From Camelus dromedarius (lineage: Eukaryota), in the NCBI RefSeq assembly GCF_036321535.1, contig NC_087436.1, forward strand, positions 100,504,001-100,568,000: a stretch of 64,000 nucleotides of DNA. Reading direction: 5' to 3'. The notes under the pieces are model-generated. The model made no database searches and had not been told where the DNA came from. It saw nothing but the letters and a program-made list of their open reading frames with translations. This document shows positions 25,700-39,772 of the stretch, one piece after another. Each line of letters opens with the position of its first letter. Positions within the stretch are counted from its first letter, which is position 1. Both the position numbers and the translations under genes were made by a program.

Positions 25700-26660
25700 A
25701 GTTTTAATAGGAAGATTTTATTGAAATGTATGAGTACAGGTAAGTGCACACCTCGGAAAAGTACAACTTGATGAACTGTCAGAAACTGAAAACACCTGTG
25801 TAACCAGAGCACACAGCTCAAGAAGTGGACCCAAACTAGCATCCCTGAAGCTCTCACCTGCTTCTGCTTCCTGGTCTTTACCGGCACTCAGATGTAATCA
25901 CTTTTCTTCCTTCTGATTCCAGAGACTGATATTGCCTGTTTTGAGCTTATAGTAATGAAAATATACAGTAAAAATTATTTTTTTCTGGACTATTTTGCTT
26001 AATATTATTTTCGTGAGATTTAGCAAAGAAGTTGCTTGTAGCTGCAACTCACTCATTCACATTGCTATATAGAATTTGCACGGTGTGACTGTACTAAACT
26101 TCACTTAGGTATCCCAATGTCGATGAACATTGGGTAGTCCTCAGTCTCTGGCTATTACAAGTCAAGTTGTTATAAATAATCTAATATAGAACCTTAAGTG
26201 AGTATCTGGGCTCAGATTTCTGGGATGCTAATCATAAGGTCAACATTTCTTTAGCTTTGGTACTTTCCAAATTGGTTTTGCTCATTTACACACTCCAGGA
26301 GATCCGTTCCAATTGTTCTGGATGCTGGCTTGTGCCTTTACTTTCTGTTTTGGGATTTTTTTTTTTTTTCATTTTCATCATTCTGGTAGGTATGCAGTGG
26401 TATTGCATTGGGTTTTTAGCATTTATTTCTTTTGTAATGAAGCACACATTTAATAACTTTTCACATGTTCAAGTATGTGTAGTGACTAAATGAACCTTTT
26501 ACCAATTTATAGATTCTTTTTTTCTTAATCACTTGTAGGATTCCGTTAAATACTCTGACCCTGAGTCCTATATTGATTATATGTATTAGAATTATCCTGT
26601 TCCACAGCAGTCTTCCATTTCACTCTATTAACAGTGTTTTTTGATAAGTGTAAATTAATT
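25700..26660 (-). mobile_element. L1ME-like 3' fragment
   Basis: 'taagtgcaca', 'aaacacctgtgtaaccagagcacacagctcaag' and 'cattctggtaggtatgcagtggtattgcattg'. Confidence 0.7.
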
Positions 26661-26698
26661 TTAATATCCAGGTTTTTCTTCAGGTTAGTAGGTTTCTT

Positions 26699-26949
26699 CC
26701 TTTTTTTTTTAAATGTAGTTGATTTACAATGTTGGCTTCAGGTGTACAACAAAGTGATTCAGTTATACATATGCATACATACATATTTTTTCTTTTCAGA
26801 TTCTTTTCCATTATACGTTATTACAAGAAACTGAATGTAGCTCCCTGTGCTAGACAGCAGGTCCTTGTTTATCTGTTTTATATATAGCAGTGTGTGTCTT
26901 TAATCCCCAACCCCTAATTTATCCCTCTCCACTCTTTCCCCATTTTTTC
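26699..26949 (-). mobile_element. 5'-truncated younger L1 3' end with long TSD
   Basis: Poly(T) then 'gttgatttacaatgttggcttcaggtgtacaacaaagtgattcagttatacat'. Flanked by cttcaggttagta(g/t)gtttctt at 26678-26698 and 26950-26970. Confidence 0.85.
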
Positions 26950-28269
26950 CTTCAGGTTAGTATGTTTCTTTTTTTTTTTCTCTCTTTAATATTCAGGTTA
27001 AGCAAAGTTTTTCTATATAAACATTATAACTATATTATTGTTCCATCTAAACATATAATTGTTTCATGGTCTCAGGATAATCTCCTTAAGGTTCTTATCT
27101 TTCAACATATCTGCAACATACCTTGTGGTATGTTTGTAGACATATTAGGACATAGACCTATTTGAGGGTCTAGCATAATGACTACCTCGATGGATAATTA
27201 TACATACATGTAAGTATAACTTATAAATGTCAAAAATAAGTGTATATAACAATGTATAAGATATATGAACATAAATATAAAAAAAGTTACTAGAAGAATT
27301 AGAGGTTGGTTCTCTTAGGAAACAGGACAGGAGAGAGAGCTATGATTCTGTGCTTTTATGGTAAAGCCCTTTGGAAGTATTTTCCTTTTATGCACAATAA
27401 AAATGTTAAGCATTCAGTGGGCCCCATGAACCAGTTTTTATTGTTGAAGTACAGTCCAGTTAAAAATGTCATGAATTTTTATTCACTAAACTGCATACCA
27501 CTGAGACACATCAAATAAAACCTGGTAAAAATACTAAACAAATTTACCTTTCTCAGTCTTTAACAAATTAAGCACACAAACCCACTTGCCCTCCTTCACA
27601 CAATACTTACATGTCACAGGTCAGAATAGTTTTTAAAAAGTAGAACACTAAAATTTCATTAAAAAAATCCTTAAATTTATAATTAGGCTGCAAATAAAAA
27701 CTCAATTATATCTTAAACATGGCAAATTAAAAATAGTACTGTGACTTCAAATTAAACATGATGGATTGGATATAATTTTTATATATATTCCTTCTGGAAA
27801 GTAAAACAAATTTTACAAAAATTTAAATTCATAGAAATAACAGTAAGTAGAAAAGGTCAATCAAGCAACCAGATGTTAAAACATTCTTGGGATAACAAAA
27901 GTGAAGGAAGGACAGTAAGTCTCTTTTCAAAAAAAAAAAAAAAATTTGGTATCATCCTAACAGATCCAATGGCATAAAAAGGTAAGATGTTGTGCTGCTC
28001 TATCCTGGGAAGATGGAGGGAGGGATGAATTTTGTTGCCTGAGAGGTGAGACTGAAAAGGGAAGAATATCTGAGTGGGTAAACTCACAAATCTTCTTCCA
28101 TTCAGTAAGGACAAGCTCTAACTTCCATCCAGTAACAATAAGATCTAACTCCCACACATCAGCAGGGAATGTGTGTCCTCTCTGAGACTGTAAACCAGAG
28201 TTTACTGCCACCAAGACACATGGCAGCAGGGATAATGGCTGAGAGCACCCATCCCAGAACTGGGGAGTG

Positions 28270-28479
28270 AGGGTGGGCATGTATGTTCTGCAAAGGACCG
28301 AATAGCTAATACTTCAGGCTTTGCAGTTCATTTGGTTTATGTGGCAATGAGTTAACTATGAAATTGCAGGCTGGAGGCAGTCATAGATGGCATGTAAATG
28401 AATAAGCTTTACTGTGTTTTAATTTTATTTATAACAACAGGTTATATTTGGCCCACAGACAATAGTTTGCTAACATTTG
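28270..28479 (+). mobile_element. MER58-like hAT-Charlie MITE
   Basis: 'ctgcaaaggaccgaatagctaatacttcaggctttgcag' and 'tttggcccacagacaatagtttgctaac'. Confidence 0.75.
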
Positions 28480-28977
28480 CATTAAAGTCTATACATTTAA
28501 GAGTAATATCACTAGAAATCTTTCCCAATTTGGTAACCAAATGTGTATTAACCAGACATAGATAAATGCCTACTAGCCAAGGTTGGTCTAGAAAATTCCG
28601 CTCTGAAGATATTGACTATCCAGGGGGGAAAACTACTTATAACTGCTATTTGGGAAGACCCTAGACAAACCATTTCATCTCAACCTGGACAATCTAAAAT
28701 GAAGCCCTACCATGAAAACATGCATTTAGAGCCTCCAGCAAGCTTTTTAGCACCTCAATAGTACATACTAATGGAGAGAAAAAGCTCATTAGATATTTGA
28801 GTAATCTCTAATATAAAAGACGAATCAAAAGAATACAGGGATAAAGAAGTTAGAGGTGAAAAGATAGTATCATTTAAAATTGCTCACTTTATCAACAGAT
28901 ATTAATGTTTATATTGTCTGGTCTAGAAATGAAAAATTACATTCATTAAACAAGATGATATACAATTGGAATCATTT

Positions 28978-29470
28978 TTCATTCAATAAATATTTATTGA
29001 TAACCTGCCATGCGCAAGACTCAGTTTAAGTATATGAGATGCAGCAATAAACAAAATGTAAAAACCACAGCCTTCACAATGTTGCCTTCTTAATAAGGGG
29101 AGAGGGAGAACAAATATGAAGTGTGACAATAGACTGTAGTAAATGCTAAGAAGAGATAGGACAGGGTAAGTTGAATCAGTTCTTAGAGTTGCAGTCTTCA
29201 ATAGTGTGGTCAGGGTAAGTAGGCTTCATGGGGAGGTAACCTTTTGAACAATGGCTGAGTTAGCAGTTAGCCATTGGGGAGTCAGCCCTTGGGATATCTT
29301 GGAAGACTGATTTAGGCAGAGGGGCACTCAGTACAACTACTAAAGGCAAGGCTAGCCTAGAGTATTCGAACAGCAATCAGGTCAGTGTGGCAGAAGTGCA
29401 GCGAGTGAGGGGAGGGGATGGGGTGATGACATAGAGGAAGCCTCAGGTCACATACGGTAAGATTTTGTAG
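28978..29470 (-). mobile_element. L2 3' fragment
   Basis: Starts with the reverse L2 tail 'ttcattcaataaatatttattga', followed by 'agggtaag...ggcttcatggggaggtaacctttt'. Confidence 0.7.
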
Positions 29471-29475
29471 ATCTG

Positions 29476-29610
29476 AGATTCTTACAATGTGATCCACAAA
29501 CACTTGGATCCCCGGGACCCTTTATGGAGGCCTGTGAGTTCAAAAATAATTCTCATACCAGTAAGATATTTTTGCCACTTTCAGTGTTGACATTTACACT
29601 GATGGTGCAA
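29476..29610 (+). mobile_element. Charlie1-like hAT DNA transposon end
   Basis: 'gggaccctttatggaggcctgtgagttcaaaaataattctcatac...gtgttgacatttacactgatggtgcaaa'. Confidence 0.65.
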
Positions 29611-29614
29611 AGTG

Positions 29615-29956
29615 ATGTCAGATTTGTGGTTACTAGAGGTGGGAGGTGGGAAGACGGGGAACTGGCTGAAGGTGGCCAACGGTACAAACTTCCAGTTATA
29701 AATAAGTACTAGGCATGTAGTGTACAACATCAATATAATGAACACTGTTCTATGTTACCTAGGATTTACTCTCTTAGCTTTCAGAAGAACCCTCATCAGA
29801 AGGAAAAAAATAATTTTGTAGCTATGAGATTATGGATGTGTAACTTCCTGTGGTAATCATTTCATGATACATGTAAGTCAAGTCATGGTGCTACATACCT
29901 TAAATGTACACAGTGCTGCATGTCAGTTACATCTCAGTAAAACTGGAAGAAGAAAA
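29615..29956 (+). mobile_element. L1 (L1MC-like) 3'UTR
   Basis: 'ggtacaaacttccagttataaataagtactagg' and 'tgtcagttacatctcagtaaaactggaagaagaaaa'. Confidence 0.75.
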
Positions 29957-31309
29957 TTTGGACAACCTCTAACACTAACCAGTACACTAACCTGAGCCAG
30001 TTGGAGAGTCCTTCATTTTGGTTTTCAATAGAATTTTTTACTGACTATACAAGCTATTTGAATTCACACAGCACCCAGTATTTCTCTTATATTACCACTT
30101 AGCATAGCACACTATATTTTTATTTTGAAAAATGGATCCATATACTAATTTCACTGTAACTTCTACAAAGGCAGGGGGCATGTCTGCCTTGTTCATCATT
30201 GTAGCCCTAGCCCCTCCCTAGCATTGGGAACACCTATTTTAGCAAGATAAAGAAGTTTTAAACCTGTTTTTACTTTTTAAAGTCTCACATTTCAATACTA
30301 TAGTGGCATTCATTGCCTCAAGAAGGAAAGAAGGTAAATTATGAAAAAGTATCACTCAGCTCCGATCTATGAATGCATATATTTTAAATTAAAAAGAACG
30401 TGAAATCCATTGTGCCCTTGATTCTCAAGAGCTAGGCAATTGAGGGAGAACATTTTGGTTTCAAATCGAATTCTAAAGATCAGGATTTTTTTTTTAAATA
30501 GTGAGCTAAACCTGAGAAACCAAAGAGTTAGAGTTTATTCCTGATCTAGTGGTTCATAGGTATAATGTGGCAATTAAACTAGAGCTGCTTCCCTGAAAGC
30601 AAGGATAAGACAAATCTCTGCTGTGATTGGAAACTTGGAGAGGATTAGGAAAATAAAATATAGACTTGAGATTCTAGTGCAGGTACTGATTTCACATTCC
30701 CCAACCATGGTTCAGGCCAAAATTCAGGCATGGTAGGGAGGATGGTATCTCTTGAAGTCAACAATTAGGTTTGGGATCTGAAAGTATAGGGGATGTTGAG
30801 GCTACTGATCATCTGGAACTCTTTTAAAATGGATACAAAAATACAGGAAGCCCTAGGCCAACATAGCTGCAGTAGAGTAGAAATGGCAATGTGTCCTCTT
30901 CAGTCAATGAGAGCCTGAGATAGAATCCCCTGCTTTCCAAATCTCCCTCAGCTCACATGGAACATAGATAATATCCCCACATTTCTAGGATCCAAGTCTC
31001 CAAGAGAAATAAACACTAACCCTGCAGCCATGAAATCGTTGTGGGGATTATGGATTCCATGGCAGGAGCTACAAAGGCATTAGGAGCCAAGTTTCGGACA
31101 GAGTCATGCAGAGGGATGATTGTATTATTTCTAGAAGGGTTACCATGCTTTGCCTGTCCCATAAGGTTGGATAAAACACTAGCCAGTGGTGTCCAAGACA
31201 AAAGCCAATTCTCAATATCAAGTAGTAAAAAGCTAGACCTTAGCAGAGGCCAATGAGGACAGAAGAAAGTACTCAAACCACCAGTATTCCTCAATTCCAG
31301 AGCTGTGAA

Positions 31310-31508
31310 GAGTGGCACACTGGAGCTGGCTCAAACCAGCTCACCAGAGACCAGTGTGGATATCTCTTTCCAGCTCTACATTCAGTGGTGGCAGGTTGGA
31401 AGCTCAAAACTGGCCATCACAAGACATTTACACCATGAACTTGGAAACCCCACAAATTGGGGCCTTTTCCCCACTCTCCTCTAGAGAGTTGGCTGGTTAC
31501 ACCACAGA
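31310..31508 (+). mobile_element. MER63-like hAT-Blackjack MITE
   Basis: 'gtggcacactggagctggctcaaaccagctcaccagagacc...atttacaccatgaacttggaaac'. Confidence 0.65.
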
Positions 31509-32025
31509 TGATAAGTGAGCCTACTGTGCCTTTAGGCAATCCTGGGAAGGAGGAAAATGACAGGAGTTGAAATCATCAGACACTACCTTGAACTGAGAAA
31601 AACAGTTTTCTAGCCCTGCAGAAATTAGCCCTTAGCTCAATGAACTGTCTCTGAAGAAGAATAAGAGCATTGCTTTTATTTTGTCAGTTAATTTGCACTA
31701 TAAAATTGTGAAAACACTGTATCTGTTAGGTTAATATTTAGGATACCATTGTTATTTATTCATTCAACTCTCAGAATTCCAGGCAAACGTAATACCTTAT
31801 TGTTATTCATCTTATTCATAGTTACCCAGGTCTCTTTTTTTACCCCCTGCTGAGAAAGCTTTCTGCAGCAGAGATACTTTTGTTTTAAACATTTGAGTTA
31901 GCCATCCTGATGGCGAAATGCAGTCTTCCTCATGGTTAATGCATGGCTTATCGCCTGTTGTACCGAAGCATTTGAGCTTTCTAAGACGTCAGTGCTAGCA
32001 GTGCTATCAGTGCCATCAGCAAGAT

Positions 32026-32054
32026 TATATATATATATTATATATATATATATA
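32026..32054. repeat. (TA)n microsatellite, interrupted
   Basis: tatatatatatattatatatatatatata. Confidence 0.9.
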
Positions 32055-34356
32055 ATCAATTAGTACCAGAGTGGCTTACATATTGCCATCAATTAGTAAG
32101 GTGTCATAGTGATTTCTAGGGGAAGGCAACACCAATGTCTTTGATAAAGTCTGGAGTTTCCTAGACAGTAATTTTGCCTTGGTATCTGCCAGGTCTACCT
32201 GTTTTTCCTGGACTGTCAGAGAGCAAACTTAAATTAGTCTTAGAAACATGTAAGGAGAGGACATTTTAGTTTTGGGTTAACCAGTCCCTTAGAAAAGCTC
32301 TCTGCTACCAATTCATCTGTCAGCTTGTTCTAAGCATCATTTTACCAAAAAAGTCTTTCCTGATTGATCAAGTCTAAGTATTACTTTGAATTATATTTTC
32401 AAAGGGTAGCAATATTTCAGTCAAAACATTTATCTAATTTATAACTTGCATTCATCTTTCAGTGATTATTTAATTAATAACCACCCCCCAGACTGCAAGC
32501 CCATTGTTCCCATCTGCTGTTTTGTGTCACTAGGACACTGTGGCTTATAGTGAAGGCTAATGTATTTGTGAAATGAGTGAATTATCAGAAAGTTGCAACA
32601 AGTTAATATTTTTATGTTTCCAAAGAAGTCTTACAAATTAGTAAGATTCAAACCATTAGTATGGATATATAATTCAACAAATGGTAATCAAGAAATAGTA
32701 ATGAGGAAAAAAATACATACAAAGAAGAGTTTAGCATTACTATTAACCACCAAATTTGAATTCAAACCAGCCTTCAAATAAGTCAAAAATTTAGATAATG
32801 CTAAGTGGTAGTGAAATTTTAATAAGCAGGTTCTCAAATTCCCAGATGGAAGGAACAGAACATTATGTAAATTTTCTTATAGCTAATTGGTTAATATCAA
32901 TAAAAATGCCAACTTTTATCAAACAATTCCATTTTGTTGGGATTGTCTTCAGGAATTACATGTAAAGGTATATAAAAGAGAGTGTTTATTAAAGCATTAC
33001 TTGTAATATTGGAAATAATTTAAACACTCAAAAATACAGGATTAGTAAAATAATTTATAGTTATGAAAAAGGATGAAATGCCGTTAAAATGATGTAGCAT
33101 GTATCAATTGATTTAATTATTCCTTGACAATATATTTAGGTGAAATTAGATAAGGAACTTGAAATGTTTTATGTATCACATTCCAAAAGGATATTCATAA
33201 AAGTCTTTAGTGCTAATCTTTGATGTTATGGATCTAGGTATTTCAATTTTTCTTTTTGGGTTTCTACATTTTAGATTGTTATCTAGCTTGATAATGCATT
33301 ACTTGAATAAATTATTTAAAAAGAGAGTATTAAAAGAAGTGGTTGTAAAGCACGAAATAGTTTTTATAGCCCACTGAAACTGGCTTAAAGATAAATCTTT
33401 CAAAGGAGAAGATTTGGGTTTGAATATTGAATCAGGGATTTGAAACGGAGAATTCTATGGATAGAAACTTAATTTTTGCTTCTGCATCAGTTATTTTCGA
33501 CTTTAATCTTCTGATGTATCAGAAATACTATCTTCATGTAATCTTAAGAGACAGGGCTAGTTGGTCAAATGTTAAGGTCAAAGTTGAAAGTAAATTGACT
33601 TATGTTATTTTTACTTTAGATAATAAAAAGGACAGGATGGTTTTTGTCCCCACGTGGTCAGCAGCAGCAAATGATTTTTGCTTTCTACAGGACTGTCTTT
33701 TCCCTTTTTTTAACTGTCAGGGCAGAAACATGTTAAGTTCACATAAATGGAGAGCACCCGCTGTGGAAAACATCTCTTTTGACTTAAAAAGGAGCATTAA
33801 AGCCCCTGCCACTTCACAGTGAAATGATGATTAAAAGAGCAAATGTGAAGTGCTTAGATATCCAGGTTATAAAAGTTGCAGGTTAGAACAGTTGAAGTTT
33901 TGCTGTTGTTTTTTGTGGGGCAGTGGTTATTTGCCAGACCAGCCACATCTGTTCTTACCAGGATAAAGTCAGTTCCCGGGCTTTGACTTCTCCTGACTAA
34001 CCATCAAACAGAACGTGTGCATCCAGATTCTTCCTTTGTTGAGTCAGCTTCCAGGAAACATTCATGGAAGAAAGAAAGGCAGTCCTTTACCCTTTAAGAG
34101 TAAACTTCTAGGACACCCCCATTAGCATGCTGCTAGATAGAATTTGGCTATGTTTCTTAAAGCACAATTCTCTAATTTCAACATTTAAGAAAATGCTTAT
34201 ACAGGTTCTTTCTTCAATATTTTAATTTGCGGTTGTCTGTCAAGGTTTGCAAGCGCCAGAAACTTTATCCTTCTTCTTTGACTATGTACGGCACCTACAA
34301 GAAGACACCAAAAGAATTGGACTATAACTGGTTTTGATGATACAAATATATCTAGA

Positions 34357-34597
34357 ATAAAGTTTTCCAGCTTGGAACCATTGACACTTTGGATTGTCCA
34401 ATTTTTTGTTGTAGGAAGTCATCCCGTGTATTGTAAAATGATTTGCAATACTCCTGGCTACTGTAGTCTAGATTTCTTGTTGGTTGGTTTACTAGATTAC
34501 AGTAGCACCCCCTTCCTAGCTGTGACAACCCAAAATGCTTGAAAACATTGCTCAATGTCCCCTGAGGGGTATAATAGCTCCTGGTTGCAAATTATTG
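34357..34597 (-). mobile_element. MER20 hAT-Charlie MITE
   Basis: 'ccattgacactttgg', 'agtagcaccccc...tgtgacaacccaaaatg' and 'aatgtcccctgagggg'. Confidence 0.8.
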
Positions 34598-35099
34598 ATC
34601 TAGAAAATTAAAGAGAATTTAATCTGTGAAAATTAATACATGGTACATTTTTAAAAATTACCTTGACATTCACAGTAAATTTGTGTCATAATTACAAATT
34701 GTTTTAAAGATACAAGTTCATGATCAGGAATCAGTTTATTAGAACTGCATGTGGATATCAGTAATAAAAGTTTGATTTTCTAACTAAATACATGGTAAAG
34801 AAGGACAAAGAAATCTGAGAGTTGTCTGTTTTCAAACAGTCAGTCCCCTGCAAATCTCGCTGTTTGTCCTTTGTGTGGCATGCTATTGTGACAAAAAACT
34901 AGCTGTGGTCATATGTGCCAGGAGAAAGCCTGCCCCAGTGCCCCAGGGTGGGGGGAATGGACCAAATCGGAGTCGTCTACGTGCACTGTGTTCTCCAACA
35001 CAGTGGTGCTTTAGTTTGCCCTCAACACAAATGAGAAATCCAAATTTTACTGAACATATGAAAAGAATCTTGCAGAACTGAGGATGAAAAAACTTGACT

Positions 35100-35370
35100 G
35101 GAAGAGGTGTGCTATGATGTAAATTTATGCTGATATAGAAAACATGGATTTCAGAATAAGAAATACTTGGGTTAAATCCTTCTGAACCCTTACTAGTTGT
35201 GTAATATTGGGTAAGTTTTTGTTTTAGGTATGTTTTCAATTTTTCTTAATCAGTAAAATGGGCATAAAAATTTACAAGGTTATTGTGAGAGCTAAATTAA
35301 AAAAGACTTGTTATCTAGCATAATTAAACATAATATGTATTCAATAAATATTTGTCAAATGATTGAGTAA
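35100..35370 (+). mobile_element. MIR SINE
   Basis: 'cttgggttaaatcct', 'cttactagttgtgtaatattgggtaagtt' and 'aatcagtaaaatggg'. Confidence 0.65.
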
Positions 35371-36278
35371 ACATTTGATTAAACTGATTCTCAAAAACCT
35401 AGAGCTTTACAAACAATATATATTAGTTCTTCCCTTACCTTCTGTACTAAAAATTTATTTCAGAAAGAGCAACATAGAGATAAAAAAGAAAAATATTCAG
35501 TGCTTTTTTTTCTCCTTTCATTTAAGATGTTGGTAAGAACAGTGCTTTAGTGCTGCCAGTATTTTATGTACCATGGAACTTCTAACATCATTCAGGAGAA
35601 AGCCACCTATATTCATGTCATGTTCAAAATATTAAACCAATTCCAAGTTGGCAAAGATTAAAAATAAAACCTTCAGTATGCTTTAGTCAATTGCCTCCCA
35701 AACACTTCACTGGGCCTCTTAAATTCTGTGCAGGTAACACCCTCTAACTACCAGTTGTGTTCCTATAAGAACTTTAATTTTCCCACTTATTTTGCATTGC
35801 AGCCTGCATCTTAAGGTCTTCAACATGTGATTGGGAACAGTTTGAATTGTCTTGAGTGAAAAATCTTGTACTTGGGGGCTCGGGAGAGTGAGTTTGCCTT
35901 CCTCTAACATAATTCTATGGAAGTAACAATTTATTATGGTACACACTCGGCTGTCAGACTACGAATCTCAGCTGGCTCTAACAATTTGTGGATCCACCAT
36001 TTCTAAAGTACCTTCTAAATAACACCGGGGTGGAAACTAAAGTTACCAAAAGCACAGAGCACAACCTCCAAGTGCCACCAGTTCCGTGTAAAGGAGAAGG
36101 AAAGAAACAAGGAATTGCTCTCAGGTGAGATAAAAAGAAAAATGACTTTATCGTCTGTCTTCATGTAGGCTATTCTAATCAACTAGGAGAAACTGTTTCT
36201 CTGGGGTATGATATGTCAACATTTATAAGTTCATAAAACTTTTGAAAGGATTTGAGAGGGAAACAATAGAACATCAAC

Positions 36279-36454
36279 CGAAGTTCTCAAAGCTGTCTAT
36301 ACTTTACAATCTCTTAGAGATCTGAAGCTTCTGACATCCAGGCCAAAACTCCAGATTCATTAAATCGGAGTCTCTGGGGCTGAAATCCAGGAGGCAGGCA
36401 TTTTAAAACGTCTTCGTTGATTTCAATAGGCAGCCAAGTTTTTGAGAACCACGG
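36279..36454. mobile_element. MER5-like hAT-Charlie MITE
   Basis: Ends 'gttctcaaag' and 'tttgagaaccacgg', internal 'aaatcggagtctctgggg'. Confidence 0.75.
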
Positions 36455-39400
36455 ATCTAAAAGGAGCGGAAGGAGTCTGTGTGTCCTGGTATCTGAAGTG
36501 AGCTCAACATTTTCCCTGGCCACTGAATTTGACTGTTTATTTTGTGACTGAGGCAAAACTAAGGTTAACGTTGATTTTTATTATTGATTTTTTTACAAAA
36601 TCAAACCAGGGGGGAAAATGGATGATTTTTTTACACTAAACTTTACTAAGTGATAGTACAATATTTTATTTGTAAAAATGGTTAAGCAAAATTGACCATT
36701 TCATCCCTGGTTTTGTTATCTCAGATGACTATGGGGATGGTTTGGCAGTAATCCTGTCCAATGCAGGTTAATGAGACTCTTTCCCAAGACTTTGGATGAG
36801 ATGGTAAGATATTTTTCTATAGCAGGGTTCTAATAATCTTGACCAGCTGTTAAGTTATAGGTTTGAATCTTCCAGTGGACACATCTGTATTTTTTTAATT
36901 TTAATTCCTTATCCATTAATATATGCCATGGAAAATGAATAAATAGACAATGGGAAGTATTATTTTTTGATGTCATTTTTACTTGGGGGAGGATTGTTTG
37001 TTTTTGGAGGAAGTATAGAAATGAGGATTAAACAGCAGTAATCACTGATAGTTCAGTGCTCCATATAGGATACTAAGGAATAGAAACAAGAAGACAAGCA
37101 TGTTGTAGGACTAAGACTGGTACAAAAGCAAAACTATTATGTCATAAATCAATATCCAACAAAGAGAGAAACCCCACAGCTACAGGCTATTTTTATCTCC
37201 TTTTGACCAGAAAGAAAAGTATTTTCACATAATGCTCTTAGACTATCTCAAGGAATGCTTTCATGCATAATAAAAATAAAGCCTAATGTACATAGTTGTC
37301 AAGAATGACCTACAAGATGAATAAGATGTTGTCCACAATTGCGTAGGTAGAGGTATGACAATCTATTTTCAATGAAAGTATCATGGTGGTTTTTAACATT
37401 GTTCCAGTTTTACTAAATTTCAGTTACAAATACACTGGATGTTACTGAGCTAATATAACTTGGAGAAACCTGAACATTTAGAAGAAACTGAAAATTTCTG
37501 TTAAAACCCAATACGTTACTCTAATAAGTGCGCCTTCTGTTTACGATGTCTCAAAACCCTGAACAAGAAGATTCACTTAAATGTACTCCTAGGTTTATTG
37601 ATTGATTGGGGGCCAACATCTGACACACATTTCATAAAATGAGAAAGGTATCTTTCATGATGGATTACTTAACAGAAAAAGGATCCCTCCAAGATAAGTG
37701 TATAATAGAAAAATTGAATTTTCTATTAAAAGAAGAATTTTTCATTATACATATAACAAAACTTTTTTTCCCCTAATTTTGTCCCCATCACCACCAAGAA
37801 GCAGTCTCAGAAGCTCAACTTCATTCTCTTCAGCCTATAGACCATTTTACTTTTTACTCTTTTCAGCCAGCAGAAGGAACATGGGCTTTATTGTCAAGCA
37901 GATCTTGGCTTCCATTTTAGCCTTGCCCATGACAGGACTTTTGACCTTGGGAGATTACACAGAGTCAGAACCTCGATTTCCACATTTGTAAAATAGTGAT
38001 GACAGCAAGTCTTAAATAAATGGCAACTAATTTAATTTGCTGAGGCTGAAACTTAAGCAGGTTATCTCATAATTAGGCAATGAATTTACTTGGCTGTTAT
38101 ATAGGTTAAAATGTCATTCTATTCTAGCACAGTTATATACAATAAAACCTTTTCTCCTTGGTAAATCTGTCCTCAATCCTTAACCCTTTTCTTCTTTCAG
38201 GTTGGCAGGTAGACAAGTCACCTGCAGATTGATAGGTTTTTCTTATTCTCAAAATTAACATGTCCATAAAAAATGGCCTTTCCATTTTTCCCTCCTTCTG
38301 AAGTTTCCCATCTCTCTCTGTACCAGTACATTTTTTTGTAACTTCCTCAGGTGAGATTACCAGACATTTGTGTTCTTCCTTCCCCACGTGTTGTATCATC
38401 TGTCATCAATGTTGCTGCTCTTCCTCCAAAACATGCCTCTATTTTGTCTTCATGCCATTTCTGCTGGCATTTTGGTTCAGCTCTTCATCAGTTTTTTTTT
38501 TTCTCTCTCTCTATATATATATATCCATGATATGGCTTAATTAATGCAACGATAGAAATATATAAACAAATACAGAGAATGTATATAACGTTCTGAGAGT
38601 TGAAAGTATAATTAGAAGTAAGACTTTAAAATAGCAAGAGTTTCAACTCTGACTAGTTTTCTTTCAGGTTAATTTAAATCATCCTCAATTAATTTGGCTT
38701 GATCAAATGAAAAAACTTAATTTTACCCTTTACTAAGTTTTTATAAACTTTTTTTAACTGGTCTATGCACGTGATAATAGTTGAACTATTCTTCCTGAAG
38801 CTTTTGGCTACCTTGTCTCATGGTTCACTCTTCATGTTTTCCTAAGATAGTGACTTTTAACACTATTTCTGTGTTTTCCATGTTCCTCAAATGTAGACAT
38901 GTCCCGAGTTTCTACCTACCCCCTACCCCTTTCTCTGTTCTTCTGTCTTTTTGACTATCTCCAGGGACTCTCTACTGCCCCTACTCCATCAGCTACTATC
39001 TCTGGGTATGAATCCGTGGGTGTGGCCAGTCTCTTCCACGGGTTCTAGTCTTGTCATCCCGCTGCACAGCACTGTGGAGCACTCCCAACTTTTCCCCTCA
39101 ATGTTTTCTTTTGACAGATACTCAGAAGTTCTCAACCCAAAGGTAAAACTTTAAGTGACTTTGTCATAGTTTCAGTAAGAATTAGTTGATCACAGCCTCA
39201 CCATTTAAGTATTTTGATGTATAACTTTACTGCACAGTTAGATACTGCATAGACAGGTAGATTTTTCTTTTTAATTTCCCACTTAAAGCATTTTTGTTTG
39301 TCATGACACCTGATAGAGCAAATATTTTGATTCCCATTTTATGAATGAAGAGGCTATGAAAATCTTTAGGAAATTTGCTCAATCTGTATAGCATGATAAT

Positions 39401-39772
39401 GTGTTTTTACTATTTTATAAACTAAATAAACTATTATAAAATAATAAAATAAACTATTATAATTAACCAATAATGATTCTACAGCATTTATCATTGATAA
39501 TGCTGCATTTTTAAATTACCAAATTAAAAATACTGATCCTTAGAAGAAAATGTAGACATAATTATGACTTGTATAAGGGTCATATCTTATTTGAATTAAA
39601 CAGTTTATTTCCTTAATTTTTAAACCCTTATAACACAATGAAATGAGATTAATCATCTAATCATTTTTCAATTCCCCGTATCTAATCCCCCATTAATTCA
39701 TGTATTCCTTGAAGACAGGGACAGGATTTTGAAAATATTATTCTGATGCATCACTTGGTCTGTACAATAGGA

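Noticed and set aside
31990..32020. Three copies of a 9-mer (cagtgcta[g/t]-like)
   Set aside because: A trivial micro-tandem next to a (TA)n repeat, with no spacers, so not CRISPR-like.
33823..33900. C-box-like ATGATGA suggesting a C/D snoRNA
   Set aside because: No properly spaced CTGA D box or terminal stem.
38176..38205. U12-type branch-point-like TCCTTAAC before an AG
   Set aside because: I found no upstream U12 donor (RTATCCTT), downstream frames close quickly, and it sits beside an L2-like remnant.
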